A stretch of DNA of 64,000 nucleotides, taken from an uncultured Chloroflexia bacterium (GTDB lineage: Bacteria > Chloroflexota > Limnocylindria > Limnocylindrales > CSP1-4). The stretch lies in the NCBI GenBank assembly GCA_963812745.1, contig CAWEWE010000005.1:4813-68812 (forward strand). Direction: 5' to 3'. Below are positions 19,982 to 31,312 of the stretch, one piece after another. A program made the translations under genes and the position numbers. The first letter of the stretch is position 1, and every line of letters begins with the position of its first letter. The notes below the pieces were generated by a model. That model was not told the DNA's origin. It searched no databases and was given only the letters and a program-made list of their open reading frames with translations.

Positions 19982-21074
19982 TCAGGCGCTCGTCGCGGCC
20001 AACTCCGGGATGCCCGCCGCCCACGCGTCGAACTCGGCGCGGAGCGGGGCCAGCGTGGCCTCGTCGGCGAAGGCGACGTCGAGTGCGTGCCTGTCGATGG
20101 CCCAGAGTTCCGGCAGCGTGAGCCCGATCTGCTCGATCGCCGCGATGTACTCCTCTGACAGCGTCAGGTCCGAGACGGTCAGGTCGTCCGTGTTGAGCGT
20201 GACCGGCACGCCCATCCGGAAGAGTGGCTTCAAGGGATGCTCGGCCACCGACGGCACGATCCCGGCCTGCCAGTTCGAATGGGGCGCGAGATCGAGCGTC
20301 ACGCCGCGCGCCCGCAGCTCGGCACACAGCTCGGCATCGTCGATGGCGCCCGGGCCGTGCGCGATCCGCTCCGGGTCGATCACAAGTGCCCGGCGCACCT
20401 GTGGCGCGCCGCCCCATTCGCTCGCATGGATGGTCATCCGGAGCCCGTTCGCCCGTGCCGCCTCGAACGACCGGGCGTGCAGCAGCGGATCGGGGAATGC
20501 CTGCTCGGGACCGGCCAGATCCCACGCGGTCAGGCCCTGGTCGATGAACCGCGCCGCGGTCTCTGCCAGCTCCACGTTCCGTTCCGGATCGTGCGATCGC
20601 AGCGCGGTCGAGATCAGGCGCACCGTCACCCCGGTCCGCGGCCGCGGCGGACGCGGCTCCACGACAGACCGCCGCGATGCCATCCGCCAGCGACAACCCG
20701 CGCGCGACGTGGAGCAGCGGGCCCCAGCGGATCTCGACGTAGCGGACGTTGTCGGCGGCCTTCGCCTCGACGAGCTCGGCCGTGATGCGCTCCAGGGCCT
20801 CGGCGTCCTGCATCAGGGCGATCGGCAGGTCGAACGCCTTGAGCAGCTCGGCCTGCGACGTCGACGGCATCGCACCGACCAGCGCGCCCGACATGCCGAC
20901 CCAGTCCCGCGGCGCATCGACCCCACGCGTCCGAGCGAGCTCGAGCGCGGTATCGATCCGGACCGACCCGTCGAGGTGGAGATGCAGCTCGGCCTTCGGC
21001 ATCGACTCGACGAGCCGCCGCCGCGCCTGCCGCGCGACGGCCTCGTCGAGGTCTGGGGTGTCCAGCGCCGTCAT
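19982..21074 (-). CDS. add: Adenosine deaminase, one frameshift
   Basis: AELHLHLDGS metal-binding N-terminus and a C-terminal TIHASEWGG/HG...NTDD motif. The two parts lie in different frames, meeting near 20670. Confidence 0.75.
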
Positions 21075-21080
21075 CCGCCG

Positions 21081-22125
21081 ATGCTACAATTCCGCGGCCT
21101 CGACCGTCGAGCCGCCGCGGCCGCATCGGCCGCACCGCCACCGCCCGGAGGACCCCCTGCGCCGCATCCGCGACCTCACGCGCCAAGCCGCCGCGACGCT
21201 GATCTGGCTGGCGGCCGCCCTGGCGATCGCGTTGGGGGCGGCGGGGATCGTGGCCGGCATGGACACGCCCGCGGCCGACGGGAGCGACCGCACGGGGCGG
21301 ACGCGACACGGCGACGCCATCGTCGACCGCCACCTCGACGCCATCGAGATCGATCTGCGCGACCTGTCGGTGGCCATCGGCAGCCTGAACGACCAGGCGC
21401 GGGCCATCATGGCCTCCCTCGCGAACAACGACCCGGCAGCCGCCGATGCCGCGACCGCGCTGGGCACCGGTCTGGTCGCCGACATCGCGGCGCGCGTCGA
21501 CCGGATCCAGGACGCCCTGACCAGCGTGCCGATCGTCGGGACCCAGGCGGCCGAGTACGAGCTGACGCCGGCGACCGGCGAGCGCTACGCCGCGTACGTC
21601 GGCGGCCTCGCGTCGAGCCGCGGCATCACCGAGTCGTGGACCCTGCTCACGATCGGATCGCTGAGCGCGACACGGATGTCCGGGTTGCTCGCGGCGCACG
21701 ACGAGGCCGTGGTCGATGCCGCCGCGCAGGGTCGACGGGCCGCCTACGACCGGGCGCTCGGCCACCTCGACGACGCCGACGCGGCGATCGCCGATGCCAG
21801 GACGTTGCGCGATCGACTGGCCGCGACGGTCGATGTCACGACGCTCGACGAGTGGCTCGATCGCAGCGCCGCCTACGACGTCGCGCTCCGAGCGTTGTAC
21901 GTGGCCGTCCAGCGCGCCGACGGGCGGGTGACGAGCGCGGTCCGCGCCGCGATGGACAAGGAGGCAGCGGCCAAGGCGCGCCTGCCACCGGATACGCGCG
22001 GCCTCGTGCTGATCATGTCGGAGATCGGGCAGGGCGGGATGAACGCCGCCGCGATCGAGATCGAACAGGCGCGCGGCGACCTCGACGAGGCCCTCGCACC
22101 ACCACTCGCAGCACCCGAACCTTGA
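21081..22125 (+). CDS. Hypothetical alpha-helical protein with N-terminal TM anchor
   Basis: Long coding-like ORF. Its start is unclear: either ATG 21081 with a possible frameshift near 21145, or an internal GTG near 21250. Confidence 0.4.
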
Positions 22126-22220
22126 CCCGGTAGCGGCGGGTACACTGCCGCCACATCTCCGCGACCGCCGCGACAGGGGCACCGCCAGCGGCCTGCAATC
22201 CCGGGAGGACCGTACCCACC

Positions 22221-23732
22221 GTGCAGCTTCGTGTCGTCACCGACCAACCATGGGATGTCGCGGCCGACGTCCTGGTCATCCCGATCATCGGGGAGCCAGG
22301 GTTCGACGGGCCGCTCGACGAGCTCGACCGCCGCGCCGGTGGCGCGCTCCGCGCACTGGCCGAGATCAGGGAGCTTCGGGCCAAGCGCTACACGTTCGCG
22401 ATGACACCGAGCGGTGAGCTGCCCGCGTCGTGGCTGCTCACCGTGAGTGCCGGCGACGCCGACAAGGTCGATCGCGAGGTCGCGGCGCGCGTCGCTGCCA
22501 CGGCCGAACGGCGCCTGGCGGGGCGGGTCGTCCGGTCGATGGCCGTCTGGCTGTCGCCGTTGGTCGAGGCCGAGGGCTTCGATGGCGACGCCGCAACGGC
22601 CGCGGAGATGGTCGCCCGCGGCGTGGTCGAGGGCTCGTACGACCCCAAGGCGATCTATCGACCGGACATCGAGTCGAAGCCGCCCATCCTCGACGAGCTG
22701 ATCCTCGTCATCCCCGACGGGGACAAGTCGGCCGTCCAGGCGGGCGGCGAGCGGGGCCTGATCATCGGCGAGGGCGCGAACACCGCGCGAACGCTCGCCA
22801 ATCGCTCGGCGAACGAGATGTACCCCGAGGTCCTCGCCGACGAGGCGCGCGCCATCGCCGAGCGCCACGGCCTGTGGATCGACGTCATCGACGACAAGCG
22901 CGCGACCGAGCTCGGCATGGGCATGTTCATGGCGGTCGGTCGCGGGTCGGACAACCCGCCGCGGATGATCGTGATGCGCTCGGGCGGGGAAGGGGAGCGC
23001 GACAAGCTCGATCGGCACCTGGCCATCGTCGGCAAGGGCGTCTGCTTCGACTCCGGCGGCATCAGCATCAAGCCATCCGAGCGGATGGAAGAGATGAAGA
23101 TGGACAAGGCCGGCGCGTGCACGGTCATCGCGGCGATCGAGACGGTCGCGCGGCTCGCGCCGGGAACGCCACTCCTCGCCGTCGCGCCGGCGGTCGAGAA
23201 CATGCCCGGCCCGCATTCGACTCGACCGGGCGACGTGGTGACGGCACTCAACGGCAAGAAGGTCGACATCACCAACACCGACGCCGAGGGGCGGCTGATC
23301 CTCGGCGATGCGATGACCTACGCGGAGCGACTCGGCGCCACCCATCTCGTCGACGTGGCGACGCTCACCGGGGCGGTGGCGCGCGCGCTCGGGCACCTCG
23401 TGACCGGCGCGTTCGGGCAGCCGCAGGGCTGGTATGACGACCTGATCGCGGCGGCCGGCCGAGCAGGCGAGCGCTATTGGCAACTGCCGCTCATCGAGGA
23501 CTACATCCCCGACATGGAGAGCTGGTACGCGGACTTCCAGAATGCCGGCTCGGCCGAGGGCGGTCTCGTCAAGAGCGCGCTCTTCCTTCGCGAGTTCGCG
23601 ACGGTGCCGTGGATCCACCTCGACATCGCCGGGACGGGCTACTACCGGAAGCCGCAGCCGTTCGGGGCGCGGGGAGCGACGGGTGTCGCCCATGCCACGC
23701 TGGTCGAGCTGGCACTCGCCGGGGCGCGCTGA
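22221..23732 (+). CDS. pepA: Leucyl aminopeptidase (M17 family)
   Basis: NTDAEGRL motif, a VGKGVCFDSGG motif and 503 aa; GTG start. Confidence 0.85.
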   Translation: MQLRVVTDQPWDVAADVLVIPIIGEPGFDGPLDELDRRAGGALRALAEIRELRAKRYTFAMTPSGELPASWLLTVSAGDADKVDREVAARVAATAERRLAGRVVRSMAVWLSPLVEAEGFDGDAATAAEMVARGVVEGSYDPKAIYRPDIESKPPILDELILVIPDGDKSAVQAGGERGLIIGEGANTARTLANRSANEMYPEVLADEARAIAERHGLWIDVIDDKRATELGMGMFMAVGRGSDNPPRMIVMRSGGEGERDKLDRHLAIVGKGVCFDSGGISIKPSERMEEMKMDKAGACTVIAAIETVARLAPGTPLLAVAPAVENMPGPHSTRPGDVVTALNGKKVDITNTDAEGRLILGDAMTYAERLGATHLVDVATLTGAVARALGHLVTGAFGQPQGWYDDLIAAAGRAGERYWQLPLIEDYIPDMESWYADFQNAGSAEGGLVKSALFLREFATVPWIHLDIAGTGYYRKPQPFGARGATGVAHATLVELALAGAR

Positions 23733-23734
23733 CG

Positions 23735-24377
23735 ATCGACCCGCTCGGCATCGTCCTGGCGATCGCGGGCGGCGTGCTCGGCGTCGCCGCGGATCGACTC
23801 GCGACGCGCTGGCCGGAGCACGACGAGGAGCACCCGCCCGGGCGCAGGGTCGACTGGCGGACCGTGGTGTGCGGCGCGGTCGGTGCCGTGTGCGCTCGGC
23901 TTGCTGCCGACGCGCTTTGCTGGGGACACATTGGCGCTGGTCGTCTTCGGGGCGTGGTTCGTGACGCTGATCGTGGGGCTGGCCACGGATCTCGATCAAC
24001 GGGTGCTCCCCGACGAGCTGACGCTGCCGGTCATCCCGCTCGCGCTGCTGTACGCGGTCTCGGGCTTGAACCCGCTTGTCGGCGGCGGGCTGGTGCTGGC
24101 GGTCGCGGCGGCGGTGCTGATCCCGGCGGTGCTGTATCTGCCGTCCCTGCCGTTCGGGGCCGGGGCGTTCGGGATCGGCGACGTCAAGTTCCTGGCCGGG
24201 ATGGGGTTGCTGCTCGGCGGCGAGCACGCGCTCAGCGCGACGCTATTCGGGTTGCTCCTGGCGGGTGTCGTCCTGCTCGTGCTGCTGGCAACGCGGCGCA
24301 TCGGCCGGAAGAGCTTCATCCCGTTCGGCCCGTTCCTGATCATCGGCGCGCTGTGGGGCGTTCTGGTCCTCCCGTAG
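23735..24377 (+). CDS. Prepilin (type IV) leader peptidase, A24 family, one frameshift
   Basis: Multi-TM protein with DLDQRVLPDELT and GIGDVKFLAGMG aspartate motifs. It directly abuts the pepA stop, and the frame changes near 23890. Confidence 0.65.
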
Positions 24378-24699
24378 CGTGACGGTCGGCGACCTCCGCA
24401 CCAACCATGAAGGACGCGCACCCGCACAGCCTTGAGGAGAGCGTCGGGCCGCCCGCGCTCTCGGATCGCGCATATCGCGCATCGGGGCCAGCAGCATTCA
24501 TGGTCGAAGTGCCCCAGAGGGATCCGTTGGCCATGGGATGGACGCCAGAGGGCTGCCCACATCCGCGTTATGCATGGTCGGCCACGTGGGGCGCGGAAGC
24601 GCCCCGCACTCCCTGACCACACAGCAGGTCCCACGACCGCACCGGGACCATCGACCCATCTGGGCGGATGCGGCTGCGCCGCTAGACTGCGCACACTGA

Positions 24700-24860
24700 A
24701 AACTGGACCCGACGCGTTATCATCCCGGGGAGCCGGAAACGGGTTCGTTCTGCGGCTGTGCCAGTCCGAGGACCGCGACCCACCGGCGGGTGTGACCGTC
24801 GCCCGACGCTGTGCCCCGTCCATGGTGTCGCCCTACGGAGAGCCTGCCGCACGATGACGT
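24700..24860 (+). ncRNA. Candidate cyclic-di-AMP (ydaO-type) riboswitch-like leader
   Basis: A roughly 430-bp leader upstream of an M23 cell-wall hydrolase gene contains CCCGGGGAGCC, GGGUGUGACC and CCUACGGAGAGCC elements that resemble remembered ydaO motif blocks. Confidence 0.35.
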
Positions 24861-24867
24861 CGCCCAC

Positions 24868-26274
24868 GTGATCCGCCGCTCCCCACGAACCGAACGTTCC
24901 GAATCTGGGCGTCCCGGGTCGACTGGCTGGTCCAACGACGTCGGTCCGCGCCCGGCGCGGCGCATCCGGCGGCATCTCCCGACCCTCGCCCTGCTGATCC
25001 CGCTGGTGGTCGGCCTGCTCGGCGCGCCCGCCTCGACCAACACGGTGCGCGGCGACGAGCTGGCCGACGCGAAGGCCAGGTCGTCGGCGCTCAAGAAGGA
25101 GATCGCCGAGCAGAAGGCCCAGATCGCGGCGATCAACGACCTCCAATCCGGTCTCGCCGCCGAGATCTCCGACACCAAGAACCAACTGAAGAAGATCGGC
25201 GCCGACCTCGACAAGGTCCGCAAGAAGATCGCCTCGATGCAGGCCAAGATCAACAAGGTCAAGGCCGTCTACGAGAGCCTCGTCGCGCAGCTCGCCGAGA
25301 TGGACGCCGAGCTCCAGCGGGTCATGGCCCAGGAGGCCGCCAAGCGGGTCGAGCTCGCGGAGCGCCGCGCCCAGCTCGCCGATCGCGTCCGCAGCGCCTA
25401 CGACACCGACCGCACCTCCCCGCTCGAGACGTTCCTGTCCGGTGGCTCGTTCACCGACCTCCTCGCCGAGATGTCGTACTACATCGACGTCGGCGAGCAG
25501 GACCGCGCCCTGGCCGACCAGATCGCGAAGGCCAAGGAGACGCTGGCCGCGATCCACCAGACCGTCGCCGAGACCCGCGCGCGCACGAACGTGCTGCGCC
25601 AGGAGACCGCCGCGCAGAAGCGCGACCTCGACAAGGCGATGCGCGCGCTGCAGGAGACCAAGAAGGAGCTTCGTCGGCTCGAAAAGCAAGTCGCCCGCAC
25701 GCTTGCCCAGCAGAAGGCCCGCTACGCCGCGCTGCTCCGCAACAAGCGCAACGCCGCGGCGATCATCCGTCAGGCCGCCGCCGACCAGAAGAAGCTCCAG
25801 CGCGAGATCAACACGCTCATCGCCCGCCAGGTCGCCCGCGGCAACATCCCGAGCGAATTCAACGGCACCATGCGCTGGCCGATGGACGATTTCTCGGTCA
25901 GCGGCGAGTACGGCTGCAGCTCGTTCGAGTGGTACGCGCCGGGCCACGGCTGTGCCCACTTCCACAACGGCATCGACCTCGTCGCCAAGTACGGCGCACC
26001 GATCAAGGCGGCGGCCGCGGGTGAGGTCGTCTACGTCGGCTGGAACTGGGCCGATGGCGCCGACCCGGCCTGGATCGTCGTCGTCGCCCACTCCGGCGAC
26101 CTCAAGACCTGGTACGCCCACATGCAGCCGAAGCGCCCGGTGGCGGTCGGCCAGAGCGTGAAGAAGGGCCAGATCGTCGGCTATGAGGGGAGCACCGGGA
26201 ACTCGACCGGCCCGCATCTCCATTGGATGACCGAGCTCAACGGCGACTTCGTGAACCCCCGCTTGTTCCTGTAG
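24868..26274 (+). CDS. M23 family peptidase with N-terminal coiled-coil (EnvC/murein DD-endopeptidase-like)
   Basis: A long heptad-rich region followed by an M23 LytM domain (HNGIDL, HLHWM). The GTG 24868 start is uncertain. Confidence 0.8.
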   Translation: MIRRSPRTERSESGRPGSTGWSNDVGPRPARRIRRHLPTLALLIPLVVGLLGAPASTNTVRGDELADAKARSSALKKEIAEQKAQIAAINDLQSGLAAEISDTKNQLKKIGADLDKVRKKIASMQAKINKVKAVYESLVAQLAEMDAELQRVMAQEAAKRVELAERRAQLADRVRSAYDTDRTSPLETFLSGGSFTDLLAEMSYYIDVGEQDRALADQIAKAKETLAAIHQTVAETRARTNVLRQETAAQKRDLDKAMRALQETKKELRRLEKQVARTLAQQKARYAALLRNKRNAAAIIRQAAADQKKLQREINTLIARQVARGNIPSEFNGTMRWPMDDFSVSGEYGCSSFEWYAPGHGCAHFHNGIDLVAKYGAPIKAAAAGEVVYVGWNWADGADPAWIVVVAHSGDLKTWYAHMQPKRPVAVGQSVKKGQIVGYEGSTGNSTGPHLHWMTELNGDFVNPRLFL

Positions 26275-26394
26275 CGCGAACCGCGGCGGCGTTCACCGAA
26301 CGTTGACGCCGGCGCGGGCGAGCGGGCAGGGGCCCCGTGCTAGCATCGCGCCACAGGCCCACCCCCCATCGACATCGGGAGGCGCACCCTGACC

Positions 26395-27744
26395 GTGAAG
26401 CGCACGATGGCGATCATCCTCGCGGGTGGTGAAGGCGAGCGCCTGTCCATCCTGTCATCCGAGCGCGCCAAGCCGGCGGTCCCGTTCGGTGGCAAGTACC
26501 GGATCATCGACTTCACGCTGTCGAACTGCGTCAACTCGGACATCCACGACGTCGTCGTCCTGACCCAGTACAACCCGCGCTCGCTCAACGACCACATCGG
26601 CCTGGGCCGGCCGTGGGACCTCGACCGCAACCGGGGCGGCGTCAAGCTGCTGCAGCCGTACATCGCGCGCGGCAAGGTCGCCGAGTGGTACCAGGGCACC
26701 GCCGACGCCGTGCTGCGCAACATGAACGTCATCGAGCACGATCCATCGGACACGGTCGTCGTGCTGGCCGGCGACCACATCTACAAGATGGATTACCAGC
26801 CGTTCATCGCAGCACACCGTCGCCGACGCGCCGACGTGACCATCGCGGTCAGGCGCGTGCCGCTCGCCGAGGCGTCGCGGATGGGCGTCCTCGCGCTCGA
26901 CGAGAGCGATCGCGTCATCGAGTGGCAGGAGAAGCCCAAGCAACCCAAGACCGACCTGGCGTCGATGGGCGTGTACGTCTTCTCGAAGAAGACGCTCCGC
27001 CGCTGGCTGTCCGAGGATCGGGTCGATTTCGGGCGGCACGTGATCCCGGACATGCTCGCCGCCGGTGCCCGCGTCTTCGGCTATCGCTACAACGGCTATT
27101 GGCAGGACGTCGGCACGATCCAGTCGTTCTGGGAGGCCAACATGGCGCTCCTCGAGGACGACCCGGAGCTCGACCTGTACGACCCCGACTGGGTCATCCA
27201 CACGCGCTCGGAGGAACGCGCGCCGGCCAAGGTCGGGCCGACGGCCCAGGTCCACCGCAGCCTCATCAGCCACGGCTGCGTGATCAACGGCACGGTCGTG
27301 AACTCGGTGCTGTCGCCGGGCGTGCGCGTCGAGGTCGGGGCCGTCGTCCGCGACTCGATCGTGATGTTCGACTCGGTCATCCGGTCGAGCGCGGTCGTCG
27401 ATCGCTCGATCCTCGACAAGGAGGTCGTGGTCGGTCAGGGCGCGATCGTCGGGAGCGGTCCGTACGACGACCGGCCGAACAAGCAAGAGCCGACCCGGCT
27501 CAACACCGGGATCACGGTCGTCGGCAAGCGCGCGGTGATCCCCCGCGGCGGGCAACTCGGCCGGAACGTGCGGATCGCGGCCGACATCCGCACGAGCGAC
27601 TTCGTCAAGAAGGTCATCAAGAGCGGCGAATCGGTGGAACGACGGACGGGCGGGCGCCATGCCCACGACCACGGTCGCGGCACCCACGTCCACGAGGTCG
27701 GCGTCGCCGAGGCGGCCACGGGAGCGGTGCGCGGCCGACGCTAG
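26395..27744 (+). CDS. glgC: Glucose-1-phosphate adenylyltransferase
   Basis: [26 protein letters not shown] and GTADAV motifs. Confidence 0.85.
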   Translation: MKRTMAIILAGGEGERLSILSSERAKPAVPFGGKYRIIDFTLSNCVNSDIHDVVVLTQYNPRSLNDHIGLGRPWDLDRNRGGVKLLQPYIARGKVAEWYQGTADAVLRNMNVIEHDPSDTVVVLAGDHIYKMDYQPFIAAHRRRRADVTIAVRRVPLAEASRMGVLALDESDRVIEWQEKPKQPKTDLASMGVYVFSKKTLRRWLSEDRVDFGRHVIPDMLAAGARVFGYRYNGYWQDVGTIQSFWEANMALLEDDPELDLYDPDWVIHTRSEERAPAKVGPTAQVHRSLISHGCVINGTVVNSVLSPGVRVEVGAVVRDSIVMFDSVIRSSAVVDRSILDKEVVVGQGAIVGSGPYDDRPNKQEPTRLNTGITVVGKRAVIPRGGQLGRNVRIAADIRTSDFVKKVIKSGESVERRTGGRHAHDHGRGTHVHEVGVAEAATGAVRGRR

Positions 27745-27792
27745 GGAGATCGCCCCGACGCGCAAACTCGGGGCTCGTGGTATGGATAGGCC

Positions 27793-28716
27793 ATGCGCCG
27801 TCGAACGGCCACCCATCGGCCGCTCCTCGGCTGGATCGCCCTCGGGCTGGTGACGGTCGTCGCCGGCTGCGAGGCGAACGCTGGATCGCTCGGATCGGGC
27901 GCTTCGCAGGCCGCCGTGTCGACGCCGGCGCCGTCCACGGCTCCCGTGGCGGTCGCGCTACCGACGGCAACCCCCGAACCGACCCCGCAGCCGACCCTCC
28001 CGTGGACGGGCGCTACGCCGACGCCCACCGCCACGCCGGCTCCCACCGCCACCCCGCCGACGCCGGCACCGACGCCCCGCTACGACCCGCCGCCGAAGCG
28101 CGGACCCTTCGAGATGAACCTCTACCACCGGGGTGACTTCGCCACGCAGGTGACCAAGATCTACTGCGTCCCCGGCGCGATGCAGACGATGATGAACGTC
28201 ATGGACCGCGGCGCCACGAAAGCGTCGCTCAAGGTCCAGGACCGCCTTCATCGGCTCGCCCGCCGGCTGTCGACCGATCGCTTGCGCGGCCAGGGCTCCG
28301 AGCCCGAAGGCTGGGCGCGCGGGCTCGAACGCCTCGGCTACGGCCGGTTCAAGGTGGTCGCCGCCGCCGCCCGGGGAGGTGCGATCAAGCTCGCCGCTCG
28401 GGCCATCCGCCGGACCAACCGGCCGGTCGGCCTGCTCGTGTGGCGTGGTGCGCACGCCTGGGTGATGACCGGGTTCAAGGCCACCGCCGATCCGGCGCTG
28501 ACCGACGAGTACCGGGTCACGCACGTCCGGATCGTCGACGTCTGGTATCCGCGCGTCAGCTCGATCTGGGGCGCGTCGGTCAAGCCGAACACGTTGGTGG
28601 CCGTCGGGAAGCTCCCCGAGGACTACCTGCCGTGGCGGCGGCCGCTCATGAAGTACCCGGACAAGGACCGCAAGTTCGTGCTCGTCATGCCGGTCGGGGA
28701 GCGCAGCGCGGCCTAG
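27793..28716 (+). CDS. Lipoprotein with Pro/Thr-rich linker and peptidase C39-like (papain-fold) domain
   Basis: Lipobox VVAGC, a PT-rich linker, QVTKIYCVPGAMQTMMNVM (Gln/Cys block) and GAHAWVMTG...IVDVWYP (His/Asp block). Confidence 0.5.
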   Translation: MRRRTATHRPLLGWIALGLVTVVAGCEANAGSLGSGASQAAVSTPAPSTAPVAVALPTATPEPTPQPTLPWTGATPTPTATPAPTATPPTPAPTPRYDPPPKRGPFEMNLYHRGDFATQVTKIYCVPGAMQTMMNVMDRGATKASLKVQDRLHRLARRLSTDRLRGQGSEPEGWARGLERLGYGRFKVVAAAARGGAIKLAARAIRRTNRPVGLLVWRGAHAWVMTGFKATADPALTDEYRVTHVRIVDVWYPRVSSIWGASVKPNTLVAVGKLPEDYLPWRRPLMKYPDKDRKFVLVMPVGERSAA

Positions 28717-28740
28717 CCGATGGGCTAGACTCCGCGGGCC

Positions 28741-29289
28741 ATGCCTTCCGCCGACCACGGCGCGCCCAGCGTGGGCCCGGCCGACGTCGAACGCTGGCTC
28801 AGCGACCTCGGTCTCGAACCGGTCGACCGAGCTGAGCGCGATGGGATCACCAGCTGGGATCTCGTGCTCGACGGCCGCCGCCGCTTCGACCTCCGCGTGA
28901 CCGTGATCCACGATCCCGCGCTGGCCCTGATCTGCTGGGCGCATTTCGCCCCGCCGATCGGCGACATGTTCCGCAAGTCGTACCGCAAGCTCCTGCGGTG
29001 GAACGACGAATTCCCGTTCGCCAAGTTCGGGATCGGCGAAGACGAGCGCCCGCTCCTGGCGATCGAGCTGCCCATCGAGCGCATCACCCGCGACGAGGGT
29101 GAGGAGGCGCTCGGGCTGGCACTGGCGCGGATCGTCGCGATCGCGGACCGGCTGCTCGAGGAGTCCGCGGGCTGGCTGTGGATCGGTGGTCGCATGCCCG
29201 ACCAGTCCGGCCGGACGCGGCGGAACGCGGCGTTCCTCGACCGGTACGAGGGCCTGCTGCCCGAGCTCGTCGCCGAGCCCACCGCGTGA
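28741..29289 (+). CDS. YbjN-like (putative sensory transduction regulator / T3SS-chaperone-like) domain protein
   Basis: About 180 aa with composition and pattern similar to the YbjN family. Its stop overlaps the downstream GTG start. Confidence 0.45.
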   Translation: MPSADHGAPSVGPADVERWLSDLGLEPVDRAERDGITSWDLVLDGRRRFDLRVTVIHDPALALICWAHFAPPIGDMFRKSYRKLLRWNDEFPFAKFGIGEDERPLLAIELPIERITRDEGEEALGLALARIVAIADRLLEESAGWLWIGGRMPDQSGRTRRNAAFLDRYEGLLPELVAEPTA

Positions 29290-31301
29290 CCGGTTCGCGG
29301 CGGGGTCGCCCGTTCCTCCTGGTATTCGCTGCGGCACTCGCGGTGAGTGGCGTCATCGCGGCTCCAGCTGCCGAAGTTCGCGCGGCCGCGCCGGATCTGT
29401 CGATCGTCAGCGCGGCCAGGTACGACGTCCAGCCGGCGCACAAGCGGGTCCGCGTCACCGTCGACCTGACGCTCGCCAACCGGCTCAAGGACACGAAGAC
29501 ACGGCGCTACTTCTTCGACCACGCGTTCCTGGCGGTCCTGCCCGGCGCCAGCGGCTATCGACTGACCTGGGATGGCGCCGGCCAGCCATCGGTGTCGGTC
29601 GCGCGCAAGACGGCGACGCACACGCTGTTGCGGCTGAACCTTGCGCGTGACCTGGCCAGCGGTCGCTCGGCCAAGTACCGCCTGACGTTCGACCTCAAGG
29701 ACCCGGGCGGGAAGGCGACGCGCGACCTGCGCATCGGCGACACCCTCGTCTCGTTCCCGGTCTGGGCCTTCGCCAGCGACGACACGCCGGGAAGCTCGGT
29801 GACGGTCATCTTCCCGAAGGGCTACGACGTCGCGGTCGAGGCCGGTCGCATCCCGACACCGGACAAGCTGGCCGACGGCCGCACGGTGTTCCGCAGCGGG
29901 ATCCTCGCCAAACCGCTCGACTTCTTCGCCTACCTGGTCGCCGATCGGCCGGGCGCCTACGTCGACACCACCGTGACCACCACCGTGCAGGGCCGCGACA
30001 TCGAGGTGGTCGTGCGGGCGTGGACGGACGATCGGACGTGGGCCAAGCGCGTGACCCGGCTGCTCGACACGGCGCTCCCGGCGCTCGGGGCGCGGATCGG
30101 GCTGCCGTGGCCGGACTACGACCAGCCGATGATCGTCCAGGAGGCGGTCAGCCGGTCGACCGGTGGCTACGCCGGCATCTTCGATCCGGCGGCCGGGACG
30201 GTCGCCATCGCGTACTACGCCGACGACTTCGTCGTCCTCCACGAGGCGGCCCATGCCTGGTTCAACGGCGCGCTCCTGGCCGACCGCTGGTCGAACGAGG
30301 CGTTCGCCTCGTATTACGGCGCCTTGGCCGCCGCGGACACGAAGGTCAAGGTCGCGCCCGAGCGCCTCACGCCCGCGCTCGAGAAGGCCCGGATCCCGCT
30401 CAACGCCTGGGGCCCGGTCGGGACGGCGGACGTCACGCAGGAGGACTACGCCTACGCCGCGTCGCTCGAGCTGGCCCGGCTGATCGGCGAGCGCGCCGGT
30501 CCCGACGGGTTGCAGGTGGTCTGGGGCGATGTGTCGGACCGGCGGAGCGCCTATCAGCCGGTCGGCGGCGGTGACGAGATCGTCGGCGGGCCGGTCGATT
30601 GGCGCGGACTGCTGGACCTGCTCGAGGCCCGGACCCATGTCGCGTATGACGACCTGTGGCGGACGTGGGTCGCGCGGCCCGAGGACCTCGTGCTGCTCGA
30701 TGCGCGACAGGCGGCACGCACGCGCTACGCGTCGTTCCTCGAGACGGTCGAGGGCTGGAACGTGCCGCTGTCGATCCGTGACGCGATGCGATCGTGGCGG
30801 TTCAAGGAGGCCAACGCCCTGATCGACGGGGCCACCTCGATCGTCGAGCTGCGCGGCGAGGTCGAGGCGGCGGCCGGGATGGCCGGGCTGACCGCCCCGG
30901 ACACGCTGCGCATGGCATTCGAGGACGACGACGGCTTCGACGATGCCGCTGCCGAGGCCGACGCCGAGCTGGTGGCGATCGAGCGCTACGTCGCGGCCGT
31001 CTCGCAGCGGCCGGCCGCGATCACGCCGCTCATGCGGCTCGGGCTGTGGGCGGAGACGCCCGAGGCGGACCTCGTCGCGGCCAAGGAGGCGTTCGCCCAG
31101 GGCGACCTGGCCGGCGCGACCGCGGCAGCCGACGAGGCCGCGACATCGTGGATGAGCGCCGAGTCCGCCGGGCAGGGCAGGGCATTCAGCATCGGGACCA
31201 TCGTCATCTCGCTGCTGTTCATCCTGGCACTCATGATCGTGACGTTCCGGCGCCGCAGGCGTCGACGCATCAGGATGCAGGCCTCACGGCTCCGGACCTG
31301 A
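29286..31301 (+). CDS. Secreted, C-terminally membrane-anchored M1-like gluzincin metallopeptidase (HEAAH...E)
   Basis: Signal peptide. VVLHEAAHAWFNGALLADRWSNEAFASYY aligns to the M1 HExxH-x18-E block with a 4-residue deletion. A C-terminal TM helix is followed by a poly-Arg stop-transfer. Confidence 0.65.
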   Translation: MTGSRRGRPFLLVFAAALAVSGVIAAPAAEVRAAAPDLSIVSAARYDVQPAHKRVRVTVDLTLANRLKDTKTRRYFFDHAFLAVLPGASGYRLTWDGAGQPSVSVARKTATHTLLRLNLARDLASGRSAKYRLTFDLKDPGGKATRDLRIGDTLVSFPVWAFASDDTPGSSVTVIFPKGYDVAVEAGRIPTPDKLADGRTVFRSGILAKPLDFFAYLVADRPGAYVDTTVTTTVQGRDIEVVVRAWTDDRTWAKRVTRLLDTALPALGARIGLPWPDYDQPMIVQEAVSRSTGGYAGIFDPAAGTVAIAYYADDFVVLHEAAHAWFNGALLADRWSNEAFASYYGALAAADTKVKVAPERLTPALEKARIPLNAWGPVGTADVTQEDYAYAASLELARLIGERAGPDGLQVVWGDVSDRRSAYQPVGGGDEIVGGPVDWRGLLDLLEARTHVAYDDLWRTWVARPEDLVLLDARQAARTRYASFLETVEGWNVPLSIRDAMRSWRFKEANALIDGATSIVELRGEVEAAAGMAGLTAPDTLRMAFEDDDGFDDAAAEADAELVAIERYVAAVSQRPAAITPLMRLGLWAETPEADLVAAKEAFAQGDLAGATAAADEAATSWMSAESAGQGRAFSIGTIVISLLFILALMIVTFRRRRRRRIRMQASRLRT

Positions 31302-31312
31302 AAGGGAGCGAC

